64,000 nt of DNA from Theionarchaea archaeon (lineage in GTDB: Archaea; Methanobacteriota_B; Thermococci; Methanofastidiosales; SZ-28-30): positions 64,001-128,000 of the forward strand of contig JACVGT010000001.1 in the NCBI GenBank assembly GCA_018992685.1, given 5' to 3'. A model generated the notes under the pieces. The model was not told the origin of the DNA. It searched no databases and saw only the letters and a program-made list of their open reading frames with translations. Made by a program: the position numbers and the translations under genes. Every line of letters begins with the position of its first letter. Position 1 is the stretch's first letter. This document shows, piece after piece, positions 51,054-60,500 of this stretch.

Positions 51054-51093
51054 GCACGTACTCTTCTAAGACCTATAAAAATATTGAGGTTTG

Positions 51094-51789
51094 TCAATGG
51101 ACAGTCCCACGTCTTGTAGCATATACAATGGCTGAAACCTCCCACGGCTGGATTTCTACCTGTATCTCAGTGAACCCATGCACCTCCAGAGCACTCTTCA
51201 TGGTAGTAACCCAGGTGGACTCAACGATTATGTGCTTGAGTTCTCTGCCCATTTCTCTCCACGACTGAGACATGTGGAGAACTGACCGGAGCAAGACCCA
51301 GTAGATATTGTAGGTGAGTCTGTAGAATGCGTTTTCTGGATAGGTGAAATCATGGAACACTATGAGCCCCTCTGGATTGAGAATCTTGGAGCAGTTTCTG
51401 ATTACCACATTCATGTTTATATATTTTGGGAGATAACTCGCAGTTATGAGATCATATCGGTTTTCAACAACGTCCTCAGCATTCGCCTGGAAGAATTCGA
51501 CATTCTTCACAGCACTCTTGATTTTCTTGGCTCTGGCATACAGGAGGTATTCTTCCTGAAGGTCAATACCAACCACTGCACTCTCAGGGAATCTCTGTGC
51601 CAGTGCAAAGGTCAGTATCCCTGTACCGCATGCAAGATCCAATATGGTTTTCGGGGTGATCTGACTTGATATTTCCAGGATTCTCTTCTTCCAGGAGCTG
51701 TCCTGCCCCAGGGTAGCGACCTTCACCATGAGATCGTATGTACTTCCTGTGGTGGCAAAAATCTGTCTTACGAGGTTGGGCTGGTCCAT
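51094..51789 (-). CDS. UbiE/MenG-like class I SAM methyltransferase
   Basis: YDLM, ILDLACGTG, GID. Confidence 0.82.
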   Translation of the reverse strand: MDQPNLVRQIFATTGSTYDLMVKVATLGQDSSWKKRILEISSQITPKTILDLACGTGILTFALAQRFPESAVVGIDLQEEYLLYARAKKIKSAVKNVEFFQANAEDVVENRYDLITASYLPKYINMNVVIRNCSKILNPEGLIVFHDFTYPENAFYRLTYNIYWVLLRSVLHMSQSWREMGRELKHIIVESTWVTTMKSALEVHGFTEIQVEIQPWEVSAIVYATRRGTVH

Positions 51790-51942
51790 TCGTTTCTCCT
51801 TGCCTGCCTTCAGTGGCAAAGCTGAATCTTCTTCTTAGAGGAGACGGCATGTTCCTAAGAACATGAATTGAGGTACACGTCTTCCACGAGTGGTTTCCGT
51901 GGTTTGTGGTTCAGTACCATCCAATGGTTCCTGTAGCCTGAA

Positions 51943-52749
51943 TCATCCAGTTCTGTCTCCCAGCCACTTCATTGCATAGTCAACTGCCTCTTTCTGGGAG
52001 AACAGCCGCGACGCTGCCAGTCCGATATATCCTTTCTTCACGTCACATGCTTTCTCAAAATCCTCTCCCATGGCTTCGAATTCGTCACTGTTGTAGTCAA
52101 TATCCTCATAGGCTTTCCATACTCTCTTTCCTTCTTCAAGAACGGGCGCCTCACACATGGTCCTCTTTCGCATGTTCAACCGGTATTCTGCCAGATGGAA
52201 TGAGGTATTCTTTGCGTATGAAACCCCCATCAGGAGAATCCATCCATTGAGTGCGTACAGTTTCCCTAATGGTGATTGGACTCCCAGACTGTAGGAGAAC
52301 CCATGGGTTCCTGTTACCATTCTCTTGTGCCTCCCCCACGCAGCAAAGGACACGGTGGGATGGTTGCTCCTCAGGACTCCGGGAAACGTTCTGAAGCAAT
52401 CAACAATTCTGCCCATCTCGCGGGTGGGGGTGTATATTGGATTGAAAGCAGGCATAGTCTCCTTTATTGTCTTTACCCATTCTTGTGGTACAGGAGGGTT
52501 GCTCCAGTTCTCAGGATTCGAGTAATCACCTGAATGGGTGGGCATAACAAGTGTCCCTTCTTCTGTCAGTGTATCCATGAGTGCCTGAACCACAGCCACC
52601 GGACCGCCGCTTACCCACCCGATTCTGTTCAGAGAAGAATGCACCAGGAGGGTCATCCTTCTGGCAACGCCCAGCCTTCGCAGATCACGTGCCAGGGACT
52701 GCTGTGTCTGGGGGAATGGTGTATTTTCTATGAGGGATGCTTCAGGCAT
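51943..52749 (-). CDS. Aminoglycoside N3-acetyltransferase family (YokD-like)
   Basis: LVHSSL..IGWVSGG, GTLVMPTHS, RSNHP..SFAAWG, SPLGKL, NTSFHLAE. Confidence 0.88.
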   Translation of the reverse strand: MPEASLIENTPFPQTQQSLARDLRRLGVARRMTLLVHSSLNRIGWVSGGPVAVVQALMDTLTEEGTLVMPTHSGDYSNPENWSNPPVPQEWVKTIKETMPAFNPIYTPTREMGRIVDCFRTFPGVLRSNHPTVSFAAWGRHKRMVTGTHGFSYSLGVQSPLGKLYALNGWILLMGVSYAKNTSFHLAEYRLNMRKRTMCEAPVLEEGKRVWKAYEDIDYNSDEFEAMGEDFEKACDVKKGYIGLAASRLFSQKEAVDYAMKWLGDRTG

Positions 52750-52819
52750 AGAACCACTAGGTCTCGAACACTTATATTCTTTTTTTGTGGAAGGGGAGTT
52801 TACATGGGGACCGAGAACA

Positions 52820-54049
52820 TCAGAGCGCTGAGTTAAGCCATTTGGGCCCCTTCTTTGCCTCAATGTGGTGCCCTCCCAGGTATTCCAGAAATCGCTGTAA
52901 TTCCTTGGTGACAGCGTCCTTAAGCTTGCTGTCAGGGTGGTTAAAGAAATGGAAATTCCTTATTTCTAATGTCTGTTCCTCTTTTTTGTAGAAAGGATCT
53001 ATCAGCCCCACATAATCTCCATTATACAGTACGGGCAGGCAGTAGTATCCATATTTCCTGTCTTTGACCTTCTTGTATACTTCCCAGGAATATTCTGAAC
53101 CATACACGGCCTGGAATAATGCCCTGTTCCAGGTAAGAGGGTCCAGGGGGGCCAGGAATCGGAGACAATCCGAGGACGGTTCGGGGGGATCGTGCCACAG
53201 AGTGGAATCCTCTATTGGTGCATAGATCTGACCCTTCCATCCCTCCAAGTGAAGTGAAAAGAGGACACCCTCCTTCTCCAGGTGCCCGAGGAGCTCTCGA
53301 ATTTTTGGCGTCTTCCCAATGCTGTACCATTGTTCTGGCGCCCTCAAGGGGGAAACCAACCGCGATGCCCTTGTGATCATGGTTGCCATCTGATTCATGC
53401 ATTCTTCATCATCAGGAGGTTCTGCTGTATAGACAGACTGGGGAATCACGTCTTCTGCCAGAACGTAGTATTTGCGTGAACCCTCCCTGTGGTGAATTGC
53501 CACTTTCCCGGAGATCCAGAGCCGTTCCAGCAGGACCCGGGAGAGGGCTGTCTGTCCCCACCACCTCACTTTTTTCCATCCTTTAATGTCGAGCGAGGTG
53601 ACGGGGCCATCTTCCAGCATCCTGAGAATGAATGCTGTCTCTCTCTTGTGTTCCTTGAAGAAGGGAGCATTTCTGTTCTGCATGCGGGTTCTCAACCAGT
53701 TGAAGACGGGATATTTTTCCATGGGAAGAATGGAGAGCATTTTGCAGAAGTATTCAAAGAGGTCCCGCTTCTGGTACAACAGGTGGTGCAGGTGACTCTG
53801 CCTGTAGTTTGAAACCCTGCTCTGCACGGTTAGATCTGCATTCCTGCCTGCAACGTCTATGGGGTCTGACTGAATGCACTGGTGTTTCTTTAAAACTCCC
53901 AGCGTCCCGGAGAGACCCTCCTGCAAAGAAGAAAACCCGTGCAGGTGGAATAAGACCTTTCTGGCATGTGAGGGCGTCACCGTGAGCATGAGAGAATGTG
54001 GCATTACCTCTAAAAAAGGTTTGGACTCCTTCCTTCGTGATGAAATCAT
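52820..54049 (-). CDS. YcaQ/AlkZ-family (HTH_42) DNA crosslink glycosylase
   Basis: IQSDPIDVAGRN (QxD), LAPLDPL.WNR, YSWEVY....RKYGYY.LP; GGAGGT RBS before ATG 54049. Confidence 0.87.
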   Translation of the reverse strand: MISSRRKESKPFLEVMPHSLMLTVTPSHARKVLFHLHGFSSLQEGLSGTLGVLKKHQCIQSDPIDVAGRNADLTVQSRVSNYRQSHLHHLLYQKRDLFEYFCKMLSILPMEKYPVFNWLRTRMQNRNAPFFKEHKRETAFILRMLEDGPVTSLDIKGWKKVRWWGQTALSRVLLERLWISGKVAIHHREGSRKYYVLAEDVIPQSVYTAEPPDDEECMNQMATMITRASRLVSPLRAPEQWYSIGKTPKIRELLGHLEKEGVLFSLHLEGWKGQIYAPIEDSTLWHDPPEPSSDCLRFLAPLDPLTWNRALFQAVYGSEYSWEVYKKVKDRKYGYYCLPVLYNGDYVGLIDPFYKKEEQTLEIRNFHFFNHPDSKLKDAVTKELQRFLEYLGGHHIEAKKGPKWLNSAL

Positions 54050-54339
54050 TGGTCTGACCTCCCTTAGAAATATGAACAAAGATAGGTTTGAACAGAGATG
54101 ACGTTCCTTCGTATACTCCCTCAACAGAAATGTGATTCTTCAGCCTCGAAATCAGAAAGAAAGCACCGTTAACCCTGGAAATCCAGAAAACAAAAGGACT
54201 GAAAAAGGAAAGGTGCTCACCCTGGCCAGTGTCTTTCGTAATTCTGATCTTGTCAGATGTGGAGCTCCTCAACAGCAGCACGATGTCAGCCTGTGAAGAT
54301 GAATAGTAACCTTTATAAGCATGGATGCACAGCATTAGC

Positions 54340-54470
54340 TGCAAAGGACTGTAAACAAAGGTTCGTACTTCGATCATTCGGATTCCGTAACTTTTCTGTT
54401 GTAAGTTTTTTGTAAAGAGTTCAGATACGATCTGGGGATATCTCAGAAACGGTCTGAGGAGATGATACAC
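54340..54470 (+). promoter_or_regulatory. Conserved csp 5' leader, copy 1 (putative cis-regulatory RNA)
   Basis: 54340-54416 is 76/77 identical to 56861-56937 and starts ~25 nt after TATA CTTTATAA. Confidence 0.6.
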
Positions 54471-54662
54471 GTGAAAGGAACAGTACAGTGGTTCAATGCC
54501 CGCAAGGGGTATGGATTCATCCAGGATGAAAATGGAAATGACATCTTTGTCCATCAGAGTGCCGTACCCATGGGCGTCTTCCTCAATGAGGGAGATCAGG
54601 TCGAATTCGAACAGGAAGAATCAGACAGAGGACCTCGAGCAGTAAATGTGCGAAAGCTGTAG
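54471..54662 (+). CDS. csp: Cold-shock domain protein
   Basis: KGTVQWFNARKGYGFI (RNP1), DIFVHQS (RNP2); GTG start. Confidence 0.95.
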   Translation: MKGTVQWFNARKGYGFIQDENGNDIFVHQSAVPMGVFLNEGDQVEFEQEESDRGPRAVNVRKL

Positions 54663-54772
54663 GTTGTTGTTGATTCGTAAAGGCTAGTTTGTTCTTTCTT
54701 TTTTTGTTTCTTCAAATCACCTTTCCTTTTTAACCATTTCAATATTCCCAGACATTGAAGACATGTCCATCC

Positions 54773-54967
54773 ATGAAGGAGAAGGAAATGGTTTTGCACA
54801 ATTTTTTCTCTCGCAATAAGAAGATGATTGTTGAACTGGTGGCTGTTGTAGTGGTCTACGGCGTCATGGTTGTCGTTCTTGTGCGCAGGCGAAAAGAGCC
54901 AAAAACCAATCAACCGGGGAAGACGCAGAAAGATGGGATCTTCTCAGATTTATCATTTCTTTCTTGA
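54773..54967 (+). CDS. Possible small single-TM protein
   Basis: Hydrophobic VELVAVVVVYGVMVVVLV followed by RRRK; start uncertain. Confidence 0.3.
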   Translation: MKEKEMVLHNFFSRNKKMIVELVAVVVVYGVMVVVLVRRRKEPKTNQPGKTQKDGIFSDLSFLS

Positions 54968-55074
54968 TTTTTCCCTATCCGGTTTATATGGACTGGAGAT
55001 TGTATTTTGACGGAGTTCCACCAGTGGAAAAACATCTGTTTGGACGTACCCTTTCTGGGGAAAGCAGGAGCTTC

Positions 55075-56469
55075 TCAAGGGGGAAGAGAATCAGCAGTTC
55101 TTTTCTGCAGTCCCCGCACATACATTCGTGCCCATACAAAGGCAGTCGTTCCTCCCGTGATATTGCCCGTGACAATCCCCCACCACACACCTGAAAGTCC
55201 CATGCCGAGGACCAGGGAGAACGTGAAAGCTAAAGGCGCCACCAAGACAATGGTCCGAAAGATTGTTACGATTAAGGCACTGGTCCCCCTCCCTGTCCCC
55301 TGAAACATGGCAGATGACAGCATGCCCCACGAGACCACAGGATAGTAGAAGCACATGATCCTCAGGAACGTTATCAAGTCCTGGGTGATGCGGGCAGCAT
55401 CTGGAGAAAAGGTGAATAACATGGTAATATACGGGGCCAACCCATAGGTTGCTGCAGCAACTACCAGCTCAATAACAATCCCGATTTTTACTGCATACAG
55501 GTGAGCTGCATCGAGCTTCCCGTAGTCTTTGCTCCCAAAAGCAGCCCCCGTCACTGCTGTGACAGCAGTAGCAATTCCCATTAATGGGAGTGACGCAAAA
55601 GTTGCAACTCTCCACCCCGTGGTAAAGACAGCCACACCGTCTGTGCCCCCTGCCCTTACCACAATAACGTTCAAGAACAGCACTGACAAGGACATGGACA
55701 ACTGGGATACAGCTGAGGGGAGCCCCACTTTGAGAATTTCTGCAATAATCTCTTTCCTGAATCTAAATCCACGGAGTGACGGAGAAACGAAGGTAATCTT
55801 CTTGATGAAGATCCAGGTGAATAGTATCAGGGAGGCAACTGTCAAGGACAGGACAGTAGCGACAGCAGCCCCTGCAACACCCATTCCTAAGGTGTAGATG
55901 AAGATGGGGTCCAGGATGATATTGAGTACTGCGCCACTCATCAGTGCATACATTGAACGTGTGGCGTCTCCCTCACCTCTCAAGAGGGCATTGGCGACGT
56001 TGGAAAAGAAAATGACCACACTACCTGCTATAATTACCCGACCGTACTGTGTAGCACTGTCAGTTATGTCTCCTGCACCCATCGCAGAGAAGATGTCCCT
56101 GGCAAAGATGAAAAACGGGATAGCAAAAGCCATGGCTGCCAGCAACATAATGACAATGGTATGAGAACCCACAGTATCTGCACCTTTTTTGTCTCTGGCA
56201 CCTATTCTCCTTGAGATGGCCGATCCCCCTCCAATGCCAATACCTGTGGCCATGGCATTCATCATGAAGAAGAAGGGAAAAAAGAACCCCACTGCAGAGA
56301 GCGCATCAGCCCCCAGCCCTGAAACCCAGATGGCATCCACGACATTGTAGATTGTCTGTATTGACATTGCCACCATCATGGGCAGGGAAAGTTTTATGAT
56401 AGCCTTCTTGGGATCGCCCATGAGGATTTTGGTACCCTTGGTTTCCTCTGCCGGTTTTTTCGCTGGTAT
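55075..56469 (-). CDS. MATE family efflux transporter
   Basis: TKGTKILMGDPKKAI..LSLPMM...QTIYNVVDAIWVSGLG, like archaeal MATEs; LRGEGD, LNIILDPIFI. Start probably upstream of ATG 56421. Confidence 0.9.
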   Translation of the reverse strand: MPAKKPAEETKGTKILMGDPKKAIIKLSLPMMVAMSIQTIYNVVDAIWVSGLGADALSAVGFFFPFFFMMNAMATGIGIGGGSAISRRIGARDKKGADTVGSHTIVIMLLAAMAFAIPFFIFARDIFSAMGAGDITDSATQYGRVIIAGSVVIFFSNVANALLRGEGDATRSMYALMSGAVLNIILDPIFIYTLGMGVAGAAVATVLSLTVASLILFTWIFIKKITFVSPSLRGFRFRKEIIAEILKVGLPSAVSQLSMSLSVLFLNVIVVRAGGTDGVAVFTTGWRVATFASLPLMGIATAVTAVTGAAFGSKDYGKLDAAHLYAVKIGIVIELVVAAATYGLAPYITMLFTFSPDAARITQDLITFLRIMCFYYPVVSWGMLSSAMFQGTGRGTSALIVTIFRTIVLVAPLAFTFSLVLGMGLSGVWWGIVTGNITGGTTAFVWARMYVRGLQKRTADSLPP

Positions 56470-56860
56470 GATGCTCGTGAGATCACCCTCTGTAGATATT
56501 GGTTTGTGTCTCTTCTGGAACTCACCTACAACGTGGGATTGTGAGGTTCTGCCTTGGATTAATCGTCATAACGGTGGGGCGTTAATGACTTATAAACCCT
56601 TCCTGTTACTGGTTCCGGACTGTGACCTTCCAGCCGTTGCGGCTGTTATGCATGGTTGATGAACCGGGTGGCACGCAAGAACTTTTTTTTCAACCAGCGA
56701 AGCTTTTGTTCAGAGTGAGATAGCACGATGGTTCTGGCGTCCAGGTATTTTCTCTTTCCCATATGAGACAGGACTCCTTTTGGATCATATTCCGTCTTGT
56801 TCTGAAAAAAAAGAGGAAAGCGATGATAACCTTTATAAGCGTGAATGTAGAAGAAGGACA

Positions 56861-56968
56861 TGCAAAGGACTGTAAACAAAGGTTCGTACTTCGATCATTC
56901 GGATTCCGTAACTTTTCTGTTGTAGGTTTTTTGTAAATAATTCAGATCTAATCTGAGGAGATGATAAC
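56861..56968 (+). promoter_or_regulatory. Conserved csp 5' leader, copy 2
   Basis: Near-identical to 54340-54416; same TAACCTTTATAAGC promoter upstream. Confidence 0.6.
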
Positions 56969-57160
56969 GTGAAAGGAACAGTACAGTGGTTCAATGCCCG
57001 CAAGGGGTATGGGTTTATCCAGGATGAAAATGGAAAGGATTTCTTTGTTCATCAGAGTGCCGTACCCATGGGCGCCTATCTCAATGAGGGAGATGAAGTT
57101 GAATTCGAACAGGAAGAATCAGACAGAGGACCTCGAGCAGTACGTGTACGAAGGACATGA
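56969..57160 (+). CDS. csp: Cold-shock domain protein (paralog)
   Basis: RNP1 KGYGFI and RNP2 FFVH; highly similar to 54471-54662. Confidence 0.95.
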   Translation: MKGTVQWFNARKGYGFIQDENGKDFFVHQSAVPMGAYLNEGDEVEFEQEESDRGPRAVRVRRT

Positions 57161-57553
57161 TTCTGGCTTCGATTCATGATTACTAGTCAATCGCCCTTCT
57201 TTATTTTTTTTTAGATATTATTCAATTTCTCTCCTTTTTTGATTCTGTCAACCATCAGACGAAACCGTGGATCCCTTCATGACATGGAGGGAGATGGTAC
57301 CTCCCATGAAACTGGAAGGATGTTCTTTCTCTCATCTGATAGAACCCTCCCCCGGTGGTTCTCCTCTTTCAACAGTGTGGAATCAGGGTTCACTGCGGTT
57401 CTCTATGGTAGTCTACAGTACTATGGCTCATCACGAACCGCAGGTGAACTGAGGATACAGGAGTATGCTAAAGAAGGAGGGGACGCAACTCACTTTGCAC
57501 ACGTTTGGGAAAACAGAAAACGAAAAAAAGGGTGAAAGAAAGAAAAATGGAAA

Positions 57554-60500
57554 CTAGAACTCAAGCATCTCCAGTAGGATTTCTATGAGTTCTCTGTACG
57601 CTTTGTTTCTCTGGTAACTCCAGTGAATTGAGGCGATGTAATTTCCCTCGTTGTAGTACTGCTCAGAGTTTTCACAGCACTCTGCTACAAGGGGCAGCAG
57701 CTCCTGCACCCTCTGCCATTCTTCGGGGTACATCTTGTCCAGTCCCTTTTCCAGCACCAGATTCATCAGATGGTTCACCACATCTTCCAGACTCTGGCAA
57801 CAGGGGGTTCTTTCATTGATTTCGAACGTGGGATCACCGCTCTTGATCCGTTCGATGAGATCCCTGAACTCTCTGAAGCAATTGTCTTTGAGGTAGCGTG
57901 CCAGAGGACGGTAAAGCAGCTTTGGCTGATATGGTGTTTTGAGGGAGGGGACAGGGATGCGTGCTGATCCCTCGCCTGACACCGGGGGGAGCCCATGATA
58001 TTCTCCGGTTACAACGACTCTGTTACGAGCTGTCGGTTCCAGACCATTAAAGATTGCGGCAAACGTAATGATTCTGACATCTCCTGGCGCTAGGGGACCA
58101 ATGTTGTTCCAGATGATGGTAGTAGTACCGTCAAGATTGGATACCACTAGGTCTGGGAGGACACTTGCTGCGTTTGCGTAATCCAGTCCAGGGGAAAGAG
58201 TATCCACCACCTGCACTGGGTCCAGGGGAAGCTGTCCCACATTGGTTATGGTGATGGTAAACGTCAAAACGTCTCCCTCTTGAGCCGTCTTAGGAGAGAC
58301 CGATTTCACGACACCTATGGCGAGAGTCAATGGTGTCCCTGATACAGTGATTGTTGAGAAGTCCTGGTCATCTTCCCCAGGAACGTCGTTGCCGGGGGTT
58401 GAATCGGGATCGAGACACTCAGAAGTGTGAACCTGAGCGATATTCGTGATTACTCCTGTTCCAGTGACTTGAGCCGTGATCTGGAGAGTGGCGGAGGCTC
58501 CACTCGCAAGGGTAGTGACAGTCCAGATGCCTGAGCCACTGTCATAGGTTCCCTGGCTCACAACACTTGAGACGTAGCTCAATCCTGTGGGTAGAACATC
58601 TTCCACCGTCATGTCGGTGCAAGCGTCTGGTCCATCATTGTAGACGATAATGGTGAAAGTTATGGTATCTCCCACATTTGGATAGGGATTGCTGACCGTC
58701 TTTTCTACCCTTAAGTCAGCCGTGGGTGGTGCAGCTGTCTCTGAATCTTCGTCATCTTCACTCTGGTCTCCATCATCGTTGTCAGGTGTTGAATCAGGAT
58801 CAGTGTGGTCTGATGCCGTCACTTGAGCTACATTCGTGTAGGTACCAGGAATCTGTACCACCACCTGGAACGTCAAAACCACATTGCTGCCATTTGCCAG
58901 GCTGTTGATCGTCCAGGTCAGAATGGGATCGCCTGAATCATCTCTGGAATCTCCACCTGCTATCGTCCCTGCAGCGTAGACAAATCCACTGGGTATGAAA
59001 TCCTCCACCGTCACGTTGGTGGCTGTATCAGGTCCATCATTGTAGACCGTGATGGTGAAGGTTATAGTGTCTCCTGGATCGGGAATAGAGTTGTCAACAC
59101 TTTTCTTGATCCACAGATCAGCCTGCTGCGGTCGAGCCGTCTCTGAGTCTTCGTCATCTTCACTCTGGTCTCCATCATCATTGTCAGGTGTTGAATCTGG
59201 ATCATACTGGTCAGATGCAGTCACTTGAGCCACATTCTTGTAGGTACCTGTGGCCTGTACTACCACCTGGAACGTCAGACTCACATTGCTGCCATTTGCC
59301 AGGCTGTTGATTGTCCAGGTCAGAATGGGATCGCCTGAATCATCTCTGGAATCTCCACCTGCTATCGTCCCTGCAGAGTAGACAAATCCACTGGGGATCA
59401 CATCTTCTACCGTTACATTGGTAGCTGTATCAGGCCCATCATTGTAGACTGTAATGGTGAAGGTTATGGTATCCCCCACATCTGGATTGGAATCACTGAC
59501 TGTCTTCTCAATCCGCAGATCAGCTGTAGGTACTGCTGCTGTCTCTGAATCTTCATCGTCTTCGCTCTGGTCTCCGTCATCATTATGAGGTGTTGAATCA
59601 GGATCATGCTGGTCTGACGCAGTCACTTCAGCTACATTCTTGTAGTCACCTGATGCCTGTACCACCACCTGGAAGGTGAGACTCACATTGCTACCGTTTG
59701 CCAGGCTGTTAATTGTCCATGTCAAGGTAGGAGCACCTGAATCGTCTCTGGAATCTCCACCTGCTATCGTCCCTGCAGCGTAGACAAATCCACTGGGTAT
59801 GAAATCCTCCACCGTCACATTGGTGGCTGTATCGGGTCCATCATTGTAGACCGTGATGGTGAACGTAATGGTGTCTCCTGGATTGGGTGTGGAATCACTG
59901 ACTGTCTTATCAATCCTCAGATCTGCTTGCTGGGGTGAGGCTGTATCAAAGTCTTCATCATCTTCACTCTGGTCTCCATCATCATTATCGGGTGTTGAAT
60001 CTGGATCATGCTGGTCTGATGCTGTCACCTGAGCTACATTCTTGTAGGTACCTGAGGCCTGTACCACCGCCTGGAAGGTCAGACTCACATTACTACCGTT
60101 TGCCAGGCTGTTGATCGTCCAGGTCAGAATGGGATCGCCTGAATCATCTCTGGAATCTCCACCTGCTATCGTCCCTGCAGCGTACGTGTATCCACTGGGG
60201 ATCACATCTTCCACCGTCACGTTGGTAGCTGTATCAGGCCCATCATTGTAGACCGTAATGGTGAAGGTTATGGTATCCCCCACATCTGGATTGGAATCAC
60301 TGATTGTCTTCTCTATCCTCAGATCTGCTGAAGACGGCACCGTAATCGTTTCATAGTCTTCATCGTCTTCGCTCTGATCTCCGTCATCATTGTTGGGAGT
60401 TGAATCTGGATCAGTCTCAGCACTAGAATACACCTGTGCAACGTTCTTGATTGAGCCAGTCATGGTGACTTGCGCTGTAATCTGCAAGGTTGCACTTCCT

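Noticed and set aside
54307-57160. Composite transposon formed by the duplicated csp regions around MATE
   Set aside because: No transposase or terminal inverted repeats; the repeats are paralogous genes with their leaders.
57239-57535. Short overlapping ORFs after the second csp
   Set aside because: No recognisable protein features; likely intergenic.
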